This document shows positions 17,337 through 31,702 of a stretch of DNA of 41,462 nucleotides, piece by piece; position 1 is the stretch's first letter; every line of letters starts with the position of its first letter. Source of the stretch: an uncultured Rhodoferax sp. (GTDB taxonomy: Bacteria; Pseudomonadota; Gammaproteobacteria; Burkholderiales; Burkholderiaceae_C); contig CAZADK010000001.1 in the NCBI GenBank assembly GCA_964483855.1, positions 1 through 41,462 on the forward strand, in the 5' to 3' direction. The notes beneath the pieces are model-generated. The model had not been told where the DNA came from. It was given only the letters and a program-made list of their open reading frames with translations, and made no database searches. A program made the position numbers and the translations under genes.

Positions 17337-18224
17337 ATGCAGGGCTTGATTGTTCTCATCACCGGTGGCGGTTCGGGCATTGGCGCTGCTACCGCCAAGG
17401 TCCTGCAACAGCGCGGAGCCATACCCGTCCTGGTCGATTGCGACGCCGCACCGTTGGCGCAAGTGGCGGCGGCGCTGGGTGGCGAGGTGCTTACCGTTGC
17501 AGCAGACGTGACGTCCCTGGCGCAATGCGAGCATGCGGTGGCCCTGACCCTGGCGCGGTTCGGCCGCATCGACATTGTGTGGGCTAATGCCGGTATTGCC
17601 GCGTTCGGTCCGCTGGCTTACACCGACCCTGTGGCGTGGAAACGGTGCCTGGAGGTCAATGTGTTTGGCGTATTCAATACCGTGCGTGCGGCGCTACCCG
17701 CTATTGTGCAATCTCGAGGCTACGTGGCCGTAAGCGCCTCGTTGGCATCGTTTGCCCACCCGCCGGCGGTGTCTGCCTATGCAGCTTCCAAGGCTGCAGT
17801 AGAGGCGATGTGCAACGCGTGGCGTATCGAGTTGGCGGGTCATGGGGTGGACTTGGGCGTGATCCATGCATCCTGGGTCAAGACGCCGCTCATGACCGAA
17901 GGCTCATTACACCCGGCGTTTGTCCGGCTGCAGGAAACCGCACCAGCTGTGCTGCGCAACGCCATGGAAGCGGATGCAGCTGCGCTGATGATCGTCGACG
18001 GGTTCACCCGACGTGCGCGCCGAATCTGGGTGCCGGGTTGGATTCGGGTGTTGCACTGGCTGCGGGCCTGGCTGCATACACCGATGGCTGAACGTGAGCT
18101 GTTGCGGGCCGCCCCAAAGATCGAACAGCTGTTTGTCGAGGGCCTGGCCACCAGCGGGGTCAAAGCCTCGTCTCAGGCGCCGCGTGAACTGGCGCGCTCC
18201 GAGGCACGTGCCTCGAAAGCTTAG
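17337..18224 (+). CDS. Short-chain dehydrogenase/reductase
   Basis: TGGGSGIG, NAG, catalytic Ser in 'SASLAS' and YAASK. Confidence 0.9.
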   Translation: MQGLIVLITGGGSGIGAATAKVLQQRGAIPVLVDCDAAPLAQVAAALGGEVLTVAADVTSLAQCEHAVALTLARFGRIDIVWANAGIAAFGPLAYTDPVAWKRCLEVNVFGVFNTVRAALPAIVQSRGYVAVSASLASFAHPPAVSAYAASKAAVEAMCNAWRIELAGHGVDLGVIHASWVKTPLMTEGSLHPAFVRLQETAPAVLRNAMEADAAALMIVDGFTRRARRIWVPGWIRVLHWLRAWLHTPMAERELLRAAPKIEQLFVEGLATSGVKASSQAPRELARSEARASKA

Positions 18225-18376
18225 CTGCGAGGATTCTGGTTTGGCGACTTCGCCGCGCGCTCCCTCTGTTTGCGGGCGCGGGCCAGATCGCGAAACTGCC
18301 ACCAGACGAAGAGGCCCAAGGCACCCAGCAGCACCAACACCTTCACCCACAGCAAGGACGAGCCTACGCTGGTCAT
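18221..18376 (-). CDS. 51-aa single-TM protein coupled to crtB (orf51)
   Basis: The ATG overlaps the crtB TGA (ATGA). MTSVGSSLLWVKVLVLLGALGLFVWWQFRDLARARKQRERAAKSPNQNPRS. Confidence 0.7.
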   Translation of the reverse strand: MTSVGSSLLWVKVLVLLGALGLFVWWQFRDLARARKQRERAAKSPNQNPRS

Positions 18377-19464
18377 TGGCTGCTCGGTGTGTTGTGGCGG
18401 ATGTGGGTCGCCCCACGCTCCAGGTCCTGGCGCGCCAGTCGTTCCAACAAATCGCCAGCCCATGCAGCACGTTCTTCAAACGAACGACGGCGAGTCGGGT
18501 GGGATGTGCTCGACGGTGCCTGATCCAAGGCCGCGTCAACCAAAAACTGGTTGGCGGCCAAGGGAGCCAGCGTCGTGGTGGGATCTGCCGGGGCCAGCAG
18601 CGCCGCGCCGCAGGCGCGGGCCAGCAGCCCCAGTTTGCGGCGTCCGGATACCACGGCTCGGTGGTTAATGGAGTCCAGGCCACCGCGCTCGATCTCCCGA
18701 CCGATTTCGGCGTACACCAGCCGAGCGGCCCGGATGGCCGGACGGCAATCGCGGGGCAGTTGACCAATGCCGTGCTCTGAACGCCGATACAGATCATCGG
18801 CAGCCGCCAGCAAGCGCGTAACGACCGCAGCGATACGGTCATCGAATAAGGGGGTTTTCATCCATTCATCCGGATCCAGCCCCACCTCACGCATCCATTG
18901 CAGCGGAATGTAGAGCCGGCCGCAGTGCGCGTCCTCACCGATGTCGCGGGCAATGTTGGTCAGTTGCATGGCCACGCCCAGGTCACAGGCACGCGCCAGC
19001 GCTTGTTCGCTGCGGGTACGCATGATGACCGCCATCATGGCACCCACACTGCCGGCCACCCGCGCGCCATACGACTGCAGCTCTTCCAGGGTTTCGTAGC
19101 GCCGTCCTTCGGCATCCCACTCAAAGCCCTCCAGCAGTGCACTGACCAACTCCAGAGGCAAGTGAAATTCGCGCACCACTGCTGCCAGCGCCTTGTCGGA
19201 CTCAAAGTCCATCGGTGTGTCGGCGTAGATGCAGCGCAGGCGTTCGTTGAGCTGAACCAGAGCGCTTGCCCGGTCGGTTGCAAAGTCGATAGCGTCATCC
19301 GCCACCCGGCAAAACGCATACAGGGCAATCGCCGGCCCGCGTACCCGTTCCGGCAGCAACCGGGAGGCCGCAAAGAAAGTTTTGGATCCGCCCGCCATCA
19401 GCGCCTCGCAGGCCTCAAAATCGTAGCTGGGTTGGACGGCAGAAGCAGTATCAAGCAGGGACAT
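18373..19464 (-). CDS. crtB: Phytoene synthase
   Basis: 'GSKTFFAAS', 'LYAFCRVADDAID', 'DLGVAMQLTNIARDIGEDA..GRLYIP'. Confidence 0.96.
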   Translation of the reverse strand: MSLLDTASAVQPSYDFEACEALMAGGSKTFFAASRLLPERVRGPAIALYAFCRVADDAIDFATDRASALVQLNERLRCIYADTPMDFESDKALAAVVREFHLPLELVSALLEGFEWDAEGRRYETLEELQSYGARVAGSVGAMMAVIMRTRSEQALARACDLGVAMQLTNIARDIGEDAHCGRLYIPLQWMREVGLDPDEWMKTPLFDDRIAAVVTRLLAAADDLYRRSEHGIGQLPRDCRPAIRAARLVYAEIGREIERGGLDSINHRAVVSGRRKLGLLARACGAALLAPADPTTTLAPLAANQFLVDAALDQAPSSTSHPTRRRSFEERAAWAGDLLERLARQDLERGATHIRHNTPSSQ

Positions 19465-21025
19465 GGCGTGACACGGGAGGGACAACGGTCTGGAGTGCCT
19501 TCGCAGACATCAGCACGCCCGGCATACCCGCGCCCGGGTGGGTGCTGGCGCCGACCATATAGAGGTTTTCAATGTCCTCGCTGCGGTTGTGCGGTCGAAA
19601 CCACGCGCTCTGCAGCAACAACGGCTCCAGTCCGAACGCGGCACCTTTTACAGACAGCAGCCTGTCGTGAAAGTCTTGCGGAGTCATCACGTGTGAACTG
19701 ATGATGTGGCTGCGCAAGCCCGGCAACAGGGTTTCTTCCAGTCGCTTGGCGACAGCCTGCTTGTAAGGCTCGGCATGCGTTGCCCAGTCGGTACCGCTGT
19801 CGAGATGCGGCACCGGCGCAAGTACATAAAAAGTGTCACAGCCTGCCGGCGCAACAGATGGGTCAGTGGCGGTAGGGCGATGCAGATATAAACTGAAATC
19901 TTCTGCCAGTTTGTGACCCTCAAAGATGTCTGTCAGCAGCGCTTCGTAACGGGGACCCAGAACCATCGTGTGATGGGGGACTTCAGTGTACTGGCGATCC
20001 GTTCCGAAGTACCAGACAAACAGGCTCATGGAGTAACGGCCCTTGTCAATCTTGGCGTCTGTCCAATGGCGGCGATGCTCCGGGGATATCAGATTTTTGT
20101 AGGTCCAGGCCGTGTCGCCATTGCTGACCACAATGTCAGCGCGCACATGTTCTCCATTGGCCAACTCGACGCCGGTCGCGCGGCCGTCTTCCACCACAAT
20201 CTTGCGCACCTCGGTGTTCAGACGAACCGGCACCCCGCGACCTTCCAACAGATTCACCATGCCGCGTACCAAGGCACCGGTTCCACCAATGGCGGAGTAC
20301 ACACCGAAGCGACGTTCCAGGGCATTGATCAGGCTGTAAACGCTCGTGACAGAGAAGGGGTTGCCGCCAATCAGCAGGGTCTGCAGGCTCATCGCCATGC
20401 GTAATTTGGGATGCTTGAAGTGGCTGGCCACCAGTCCATGCATGGTGCGCCAGGCACGCATTTTGATCATGGAGGGCACGGCCGCCAGCAAATCACCAAT
20501 GCTGTCGAATGCCTTGCAGCCCAACGCTTCAAACCCCAGCCGATAACATTGGTCTGCTTCCTCGACGAAACGGTCAAAGCCCGCCAGGTCGGCCTGACTC
20601 ACCCGGGCAATTTCGCCGCGCATGCGCTGGGGATCACCGCTGTAATCGAAGTGGGTTCCATCGTCAAAACGGACCCGGTAGAAGGGGTCCATCAAGCGCA
20701 GATCGATATCGTCGGACAACTTGCGGCCGCACAGTGCCCACAACTCTTCAAACAGAAACGGCACGGTGATGATGGTCGGCCCACCGTCGAACGTGAAACC
20801 GTCCTGTCGGCGCACATAGGCCCGTCCGCCGGGGCCGTCGAGCTTTTCCAGCACCCGCACCCGGTAACCCATGACGCTCAGGCGAATCGCCGCAGCCAGA
20901 CCGCCAAAGCCGGAACCGATGACGACCGCCACAGGGGCGTCGGTCTGTCCGCCGCCGCCACCGCCGCCGCCGGTGTGTTCCGTATTGGGAATACTGCGCT
21001 CAACTGGCGCGGAGAAAGTCTTCAT
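19451..21025 (-). CDS. crtI: Phytoene desaturase
   Basis: 'VIGSGFGGLAAAIRL', 'FDGGPTIITVP', 'GASTHPGAGMPGVLMSA'. The start codon is approximate. Confidence 0.96.
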   Translation of the reverse strand: MKTFSAPVERSIPNTEHTGGGGGGGGQTDAPVAVVIGSGFGGLAAAIRLSVMGYRVRVLEKLDGPGGRAYVRRQDGFTFDGGPTIITVPFLFEELWALCGRKLSDDIDLRLMDPFYRVRFDDGTHFDYSGDPQRMRGEIARVSQADLAGFDRFVEEADQCYRLGFEALGCKAFDSIGDLLAAVPSMIKMRAWRTMHGLVASHFKHPKLRMAMSLQTLLIGGNPFSVTSVYSLINALERRFGVYSAIGGTGALVRGMVNLLEGRGVPVRLNTEVRKIVVEDGRATGVELANGEHVRADIVVSNGDTAWTYKNLISPEHRRHWTDAKIDKGRYSMSLFVWYFGTDRQYTEVPHHTMVLGPRYEALLTDIFEGHKLAEDFSLYLHRPTATDPSVAPAGCDTFYVLAPVPHLDSGTDWATHAEPYKQAVAKRLEETLLPGLRSHIISSHVMTPQDFHDRLLSVKGAAFGLEPLLLQSAWFRPHNRSEDIENLYMVGASTHPGAGMPGVLMSAKALQTVVPPVSRHVPA

Positions 21026-21827
21026 GTTTGGGCCTGGTGGCAAGTTCAGCCGCAATCGTGGCCTCAGTCTTGCGATTTCGCAGTGCCCACTTCCAAAGGG
21101 CGGTGGATTGCAAGGGCAAGACCAGCAGCAGATGCTCCAGGATGGCCATGGCCAGCATGGTCGATACCAGCAGCAATCCGACGGTCATGGCGGTCGGGGT
21201 GCCGGGCTCGAAAGCGCGCACCAACATCCACGCCAGTACGATGCCAGAACCGATGACCGAGAGGGGGAGAAAGAAATTCATGGGACGCTTCAAAAAGTAG
21301 CTACCCATGTAGGCCAGATGCGCTGGCAAAAACTCTTCACTCAGGTTGCGCACACCAAAGTAGAGGTTGAGCTTGGCGCTAGTACGCATGATCCAGAGCA
21401 CCAAAAATGTCCAAGTCCCGATCTGATTCTGGGCCCCCCACGTGATCGCAATGATCAGTAATCCGCAGCCGATGATGGCCAACTCGTGCCAAAGAATGGC
21501 CGCTACTGCTTGCGAAAAGCGACCGGAGCCATCTTTGTTGGGCGCGAAGGCAATCTTGCGCGGCCCAGTCAAGGACCCGGTCAAAAAGGTCAACTCATGC
21601 CAGCCCCACACCAGTAGTGCGCAAGTGAAGGCGCAGTATGCGCCTAGCGCAGTGGATTGGCTGGCAGTGTGCGCCAGGCCTACCAGTGCACTGAGGGCCA
21701 GCAGCGATGAAATCAGAATGCTCCAGCGGAAGGTGGTGCGCGGCAAGCCGTCCAGCAGCAATATCAAACCGGTGGTAAACCACCAGATGAAGATGCCGAA
21801 GACGACAGGCAGCCAGAGCTCGAGCAT
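21000..21827 (-). CDS. puhE: Photosynthetic complex assembly protein PuhE (DUF3623)
   Basis: 'WWFTTGLIL', 'WGWHE', 'MRTSAKLNLYFGV', 'LEHLLLVLP'. Lies downstream of acsF. Confidence 0.92.
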   Translation of the reverse strand: MLELWLPVVFGIFIWWFTTGLILLLDGLPRTTFRWSILISSLLALSALVGLAHTASQSTALGAYCAFTCALLVWGWHELTFLTGSLTGPRKIAFAPNKDGSGRFSQAVAAILWHELAIIGCGLLIIAITWGAQNQIGTWTFLVLWIMRTSAKLNLYFGVRNLSEEFLPAHLAYMGSYFLKRPMNFFLPLSVIGSGIVLAWMLVRAFEPGTPTAMTVGLLLVSTMLAMAILEHLLLVLPLQSTALWKWALRNRKTEATIAAELATRPKHEDFLRAS

Positions 21828-21829
21828 GG

Positions 21830-22906
21830 CTACCAGACCGGAGCCATGCGAACCTGAGCGGGCAATGCGTGGCGCCTGACGGGCATCACATAGAGCCTGG
21901 CAAAGGTAATCACCGCAGCCACCGACCAGAAGCCGCGCTTGACCAGGCCTGCAATGCCGCCTTGCGCCTTGGCGGCGTCGACCGCCGTCTGGATTTGAAA
22001 CAGTCTAGCCAGGCCCGCGCGAAATGCCGGGCTGTCAATATCCAGCGATATCGGGAACACCTGCTTGGTGATTTCATTTGTGATGCGAAACACCTCATAG
22101 TCGTAAGCGGTGGGCTCCAGACCCATGGCCGCCTTGAGCTGCGGCCGGGTGTGGTCGCGCACGTACATGGTGGCATACACTGCCAGCAAAAAGAATCGAA
22201 TCCACAACACGTTGGCTCCCCGTAGCAAATGGGGGTTGGCTCGCATGATCAAGGCAAACGATTCGCCATGGCGGAACTCATCATTGCACCAGCGCTCGAA
22301 CCAGCGAAAAATCGGGTGAAAGCGCTTGTCCGGGTTGCGTTCGAGCTGGCGGTAGATCGTGATGTAGCGCGCATAACCGATTTTCTCGGACAGATACGTC
22401 GCGTAAAAAATGTATTTTGGCTTGAAGTACGTGTAGGCCTTGGTGCGCTTGAGGTCGCCCAGGTCAAGGCCCAGGCCGAAGTCTTTCAGCGATTGGTTGA
22501 TGAACGAGGCATGGCGTGACTCGTCCCGCGCCATGAAGCGCATGAGCGCCTTGATGTCCGGATTGGTGACGTTCTTCTGAATCTCGTTGTACAAAATACA
22601 GCCAGAAAACTCGGAGGTGAGCGAGGAGATCAGAAACTCGGTGAACTCCTGGCGCAGCTCGGGCGATACCTTGCTGAACGTCTGAGCCACTTCAACGGCG
22701 AACTCTGGCGTGCGCTGGAAGTGATCATGGTTGTTGTCCCCCTCGTACTCGGCCAGCATGGCATCCCAGTCTGCCCGAATCGGCGACACATCGATCTTGT
22801 CCATGGCGGCAAAGTCGGTGGTGTAAAACCGCGGGCTCAGCAGGGTCTCCTGCTTCGCTTTCAGGGCGGCCATTTCAGGCGAGTCAATAGAGGCGGGGGC
22901 TTGCAT
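21830..22906 (-). CDS. acsF: Mg-protoporphyrin IX monomethyl ester oxidative cyclase (O2-dependent)
   Basis: '[11 protein letters not shown]', 'SEFSGCILY' and di-iron motifs 'DESRH', 'DEFRH'; 358 aa. Confidence 0.98.
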   Translation of the reverse strand: MQAPASIDSPEMAALKAKQETLLSPRFYTTDFAAMDKIDVSPIRADWDAMLAEYEGDNNHDHFQRTPEFAVEVAQTFSKVSPELRQEFTEFLISSLTSEFSGCILYNEIQKNVTNPDIKALMRFMARDESRHASFINQSLKDFGLGLDLGDLKRTKAYTYFKPKYIFYATYLSEKIGYARYITIYRQLERNPDKRFHPIFRWFERWCNDEFRHGESFALIMRANPHLLRGANVLWIRFFLLAVYATMYVRDHTRPQLKAAMGLEPTAYDYEVFRITNEITKQVFPISLDIDSPAFRAGLARLFQIQTAVDAAKAQGGIAGLVKRGFWSVAAVITFARLYVMPVRRHALPAQVRMAPVW

Positions 22907-22924
22907 ATATATTCTCCAGTCGGA

Positions 22925-23395
22925 TCAGTTTGACTCAGCTACTGGTTTGATGGTGAGGAAGGTTGCAAATACTGCAGCGTTGTCAGGGCCGAAAGACTCC
23001 AGGTCCACGCGGTGGCCGGTCAGAGGATCGTACAGGCCAAGACGGCCATCGGTGCGTGCGATCAAAGTAAACGGCAACTCGGGGCCGATCTGGTAGGAGC
23101 GACGGTCACGTGCCAAGGCGCGTATGGTGCCACGCAGAAAGCCCTGCTCTCCATGCATTACCGTGAGAAGTTGGCCGGTATTTCCATCGATGACGGAAAC
23201 ACCTCCGTCAGGCCGGTCCTCAAAACGCAACGACCGTTCTGCGGTAATGGCGGCGGCCAACTGGTCCGGACCGTTCCCGGTCAAGCGAACCAAACCCACG
23301 GCGATCAAGCTAAAGGCCAAGAGGCAACCCACGCACCACAGCACCCACTGCGGGAAGGTGTCGGGGGCCGGGGACGGCAGCGCGCTTGTTTTCAT
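22925..23395 (-). CDS. puhC: Photosynthetic complex assembly protein PuhC
   Basis: 'RSLRFEDRPDGGV', 'GFLRGTIRALARDR', 'DPLTGHRVDLESFGPDN'. Confidence 0.92.
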   Translation of the reverse strand: MKTSALPSPAPDTFPQWVLWCVGCLLAFSLIAVGLVRLTGNGPDQLAAAITAERSLRFEDRPDGGVSVIDGNTGQLLTVMHGEQGFLRGTIRALARDRRSYQIGPELPFTLIARTDGRLGLYDPLTGHRVDLESFGPDNAAVFATFLTIKPVAESN

Positions 23396-24060
23396 GTCAG
23401 GCTGGGTTTCCAGTTAATGGGCTGCACATCGGTCCTTTTGTCAGCTGCTGGCGCCGCGACAACGCCGGTCGCGTGCGACCAGGCCTGTGAAAGTTGTTGC
23501 GCCTTTTGCTGCACATCCGGGATGCAGCGCATCATCGGCTCGGGCCTGGCAAGTCGCCAGGCGCGGGCATGGGGCCACAGATGGACCCAGGCGATTCGGG
23601 TGTCGCCCTTGAGCGCAATGGGAATGTCGCCAAAACCCGTGGTGCCCACCTTGAGCCCAGCCGACTCGATCAGCCGCAGGGGGAAGTTATAGGTCAGCGT
23701 CAGCACGATTCCGACTCGCATGACGATCCGTTGGTCAGTCAACGTGTAGACCGTGGTTGTCGCCGTAAGCCATGCCAGCGTGAAAGTCGCAGCCAACGCG
23801 ATCAGCGCCAAGCCCGATGGCAACACCATGGACATCAGCGCCTCATCCCAAGCCATCCCCGAGGCCGACAGGTATGCAACCCGCACGCACCCCAGCGCGA
23901 TGAAATAGAGCACCAGCTTACGCATGTGGAACATGTGAATCGCCGTCTCGCGCACGTTCGGCGAAGATTGCCAGATCAGGCGCTCGGCCTTGGGCAATGG
24001 TTCTGGCAAGCCGAACTCCGGCTCAAATTCGTACTCGCGGCCGTTGTGGAGAGACGTCAT
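23392..24060 (-). CDS. puhB: Photosynthetic complex assembly protein PuhB
   Basis: 'FEPEFGLPEPLP..ERLIWQ', 'YTLTDQRIVMRVGIVL', 'LWPHARAWRLARPEPMMRCIPD'. Confidence 0.93.
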   Translation of the reverse strand: MTSLHNGREYEFEPEFGLPEPLPKAERLIWQSSPNVRETAIHMFHMRKLVLYFIALGCVRVAYLSASGMAWDEALMSMVLPSGLALIALAATFTLAWLTATTTVYTLTDQRIVMRVGIVLTLTYNFPLRLIESAGLKVGTTGFGDIPIALKGDTRIAWVHLWPHARAWRLARPEPMMRCIPDVQQKAQQLSQAWSHATGVVAAPAADKRTDVQPINWKPSLT

Positions 24061-24824
24061 AGGATGGGTTCCGAGCGATCAGGATGGGCATACAAGGTGC
24101 CGCCACCGTAGTAGCCGGCAATTTGATCTTCTTCCAGCAGGGTGATTTGTTCGGGGTTTTTGAGGCCGGGAACGCCGCCGAATTGTGCCGCAAAGATGCT
24201 GTTGACCTTGACACTGTCGCTGCGGATACGCGCGAACGGCACCGGCAAAAGGACCTTGCGTGTCGAACCGACCGCATGGATTTCTACTTCGATGTATCGG
24301 AACATCATTTCGCAGGTGTCGACCCACATGTCTACCACTGTTCCAGCCACTTGGTCGTCCCCGCCAATGACCGGCAAGCCGCGAGGATCGGTGTCATGGG
24401 TGGATACACCGTAGCCGCTCAGTGCGCGCAAGGGGCGAATGATGGGGTGACCGTGGACATCTATGTCCGGCACATCGGCCCGCATCGCGTACGAGGAAGG
24501 TCCCGTGGCGTCGGTCATGGGATCGCCGGTGGGAATGTACGGGTTGCCGTAGGAAGTTCCATCACGGCGGTTGTTGATCGGCGGCTCGATGCGCGTGGGG
24601 TCGGGCATCATGACTTCTTTACCGTTGGCCAGCTTGTAGATTTTGGGCTCGGGAATGGGCCATCCGGTAACAACCGCGCTGCCCGGACCTTCTGATTCCA
24701 TTGGATAACCTTCGCGGTGGTTTTCGCGAACCAGGTAATAGATGATTCCGGCGAAAAACGCCCAGAACGCATAAAGAATGATCTGGGCTAGATCGACATA
24801 GCCGGTTATTTCGCCTACTTGCAT
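24057..24824 (-). CDS. puhA: Photosynthetic reaction centre H subunit
   Basis: 'ITGYVDLAQIILYAFW', 'RENHREGYPM', 'PTGDPM', 'DPRGLPV', 'ITLLEED'. Confidence 0.97.
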   Translation of the reverse strand: MQVGEITGYVDLAQIILYAFWAFFAGIIYYLVRENHREGYPMESEGPGSAVVTGWPIPEPKIYKLANGKEVMMPDPTRIEPPINNRRDGTSYGNPYIPTGDPMTDATGPSSYAMRADVPDIDVHGHPIIRPLRALSGYGVSTHDTDPRGLPVIGGDDQVAGTVVDMWVDTCEMMFRYIEVEIHAVGSTRKVLLPVPFARIRSDSVKVNSIFAAQFGGVPGLKNPEQITLLEEDQIAGYYGGGTLYAHPDRSEPIL

Positions 24825-24850
24825 GATGTTCTCCTGGGTTGCGAAGGGAC

Positions 24851-26290
24851 TCAGCCTTGCAGATCGGGCGTGCCGAACTGTTTGGTTGACGGGGAGACGG
24901 GTGATGAACTGCGCCGCACGAGCGGACCGACGGCGATCAGCGTGATGAAAAGCATATACATCTCGATGTGGTATACAAAGCTGTAGCCGGTGGATGGGTT
25001 GGCCAGCGCGCTGCCTAGAGTGCCATCCATGGCCAGGCTATTGATGATGTCGCGCAGGCTGCCGCCAATGAACATGGAAAGTCCGGCAGCGAAAGACTGC
25101 ACGGCGCCCCAGGCACCCAGGGCGAAACCGATAAAGCGGCCCTCTCCAAGGCGCATGGCGGTGTATAGCGTACCCACGGCGAAAAGGCCGCCGCCAAAAC
25201 CGATGCCGAATGCGCCCAGCCTGAAAATCAAACCGGAATCCAGCGGTGCCGCAAATATGACGGCAGCAAATGCAGGTAAACCAGCCAAGGTGCCGTAAGC
25301 GGCCATGCGCATGGGATCAGCACCGCGTGCGAGATACCTGCCGGCCAGCAAGAAGGCTGTCAGTGCGCCGCCAGCCAGCATGGCGGTGAGCGCACTGGTT
25401 GCGCCCACGCTCAGGCGGAGAATTTCTCCGCCGTAGGGCTCCAGAATAATGTCCTGCATGTTGAACGCCATCGTGCCAAGACCGGTGGCCCACAAGAATC
25501 GCTTCACCTTGGGCGTGCGGATAAAGCGGCGCCAAACCTCGGCGAATGGGGGCGACTTCTCGGTCTTCATGGCTGCTGCGCGCTGGGCGTTGCGCGGCTC
25601 CTGCTTCCAGAGCGCAACCACATTGAGGGCCAGTACAACCAGCGCGAAGCCCTGGACAACCTGAATCAGAATTTTGGGGGTGAAATCTGCCAGCAGATAG
25701 CTGAAGACCAAACTTCCGATTACAGCGCCGGCCAGCAGCATGCAATACATCAGCGCAACCACCCGCGGGCGCGTTGCTTCGCTGGCCTGGTCAGTGGCAA
25801 GGGCCAACCCTGCGGTCTGCGAGGTTTGCAAACCGGCACCCACGGCCAAAAAAGCCAACGCCGCAGCAGCCTGGCCCACGATGTCGGGCACGGGCACGGC
25901 CCCCTGCCCGGACAAGACCAACAATGCGAACGGCATGATGGCCAGACCAAAAAATTGAACCAGGGTTCCGCCCCACATGAAGGGCAGGCGCTTCCAGCCA
26001 AAGGCCGAGCGGTGGGTATCCGAGTGGTAGCCGGTGATGGCGCGAAACGGAGCTACCAGCAAGGGCAAGGCCAGCATCAGTGCCACCAGCCAGGCCGATA
26101 CGCCCAGTTCGACAATCATGACCCGGTTCAGCGTGCCGATCATCAGCGCCGTGGTCATGCCCATCGTGACCTTGAACAAGGACAGGCGAAGCAAGCGCGC
26201 CATCGGCAGGTCGGCACTCGCCACATCGGCAAACGGGAGCCATGCCGAAGGCAATTGGCGCGCCAGACTCGAAAACATGGCCCGTCTCAT
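24851..26290 (-). CDS. lhaA: LH1 assembly protein LhaA (PucC-family MFS/BCD transporter)
   Basis: 'WLPFADVASADLP..RLLRLSLF', 'GTLNRVMIVEL', 'QDIILEPYGG', 'ALGAWGAVQ'. Lies between bchM and puhA. Confidence 0.92.
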   Translation of the reverse strand: MRRAMFSSLARQLPSAWLPFADVASADLPMARLLRLSLFKVTMGMTTALMIGTLNRVMIVELGVSAWLVALMLALPLLVAPFRAITGYHSDTHRSAFGWKRLPFMWGGTLVQFFGLAIMPFALLVLSGQGAVPVPDIVGQAAAALAFLAVGAGLQTSQTAGLALATDQASEATRPRVVALMYCMLLAGAVIGSLVFSYLLADFTPKILIQVVQGFALVVLALNVVALWKQEPRNAQRAAAMKTEKSPPFAEVWRRFIRTPKVKRFLWATGLGTMAFNMQDIILEPYGGEILRLSVGATSALTAMLAGGALTAFLLAGRYLARGADPMRMAAYGTLAGLPAFAAVIFAAPLDSGLIFRLGAFGIGFGGGLFAVGTLYTAMRLGEGRFIGFALGAWGAVQSFAAGLSMFIGGSLRDIINSLAMDGTLGSALANPSTGYSFVYHIEMYMLFITLIAVGPLVRRSSSPVSPSTKQFGTPDLQG

Positions 26291-26988
26291 ATGCGTTTCC
26301 ACTCCATGGCCTGAGAGGTGTAGAAACCACTGGATACTCGCTCACACCGTGCGGCCTGCCAGTTTGCCAGTTCTGCGTCTTCGCGCATCAATTGCAAGAG
26401 CCGCTTGTGCGCCATGGGTTGCAGCCAGGGTGCCCGGTCACCGCGGGGAAACATCTGACCGATCGTGATCATGGTGGCCAGCAGCGGCGTCCGCGGCGCA
26501 TAGGTGAACACGATCGAATGCGTGGTGCGCTGGCCCAGCGCGGCCAGGGCTTTGACAGCATCCTCGGTCTGGTAATGGATGACCGAGTCCATGGCCACGA
26601 CATGGTCGAACTGACCGAGAAGCGGGTTGAGCATGTCACCACTCAAAAACTCGATCGAGCCCCCGTTTGTGAGCAAGGGCATGCGTTCGCGCGCCAGGTT
26701 GACCAGCGTGGGTGACAAGTCAATCGCGACGACCTGTGCGCCGCGGTGGGCCGCTTCCACCGCCAGCGCACCGGTACCACAGCCGGCATCGAGTACACGG
26801 CGGCCTTGCAGATCCTGCGGCAGCCAGGACAGGAGCTTGGCGCGCATCCGGTCGCGTCCCGCGCGAACGGTGGCACGAATGCGCCCGACAGGCGCATCGG
26901 ACGTCAGGCGCTCCCAGGCCTTGACCGCCGTACGGTCAAAGTAGGTTTCGATCTGGCTGCGGCGCTGGGTGTAGCTGGCGGTTTCCAT
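26287..26988 (-). CDS. bchM: Mg-protoporphyrin IX methyltransferase
   Basis: 'ETYFDRTA..W..LTSDAPV..IRATVRAGR', 'LDAGCGTG', 'MDSVIHY'. Confidence 0.96.
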   Translation of the reverse strand: METASYTQRRSQIETYFDRTAVKAWERLTSDAPVGRIRATVRAGRDRMRAKLLSWLPQDLQGRRVLDAGCGTGALAVEAAHRGAQVVAIDLSPTLVNLARERMPLLTNGGSIEFLSGDMLNPLLGQFDHVVAMDSVIHYQTEDAVKALAALGQRTTHSIVFTYAPRTPLLATMITIGQMFPRGDRAPWLQPMAHKRLLQLMREDAELANWQAARCERVSSGFYTSQAMEWKRI

Positions 26989-26999
26989 AGGTTTGCGGT

Positions 27000-31676
<4,677 letters not shown>

Positions 31677-31702
<26 letters not shown>

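Noticed and set aside
21830-22906. Claim that the organism is a strict aerobic phototroph because bchE/bchJ are absent
   Set aside because: The cluster is truncated at the right edge and bchE can lie outside the PGC, so its absence cannot be shown from this window.
22907-22924. No bciE-like gene between puhC and acsF
   Set aside because: This is expected for Rubrivivax-type (betaproteobacterial) AcsF, which needs no BciE.
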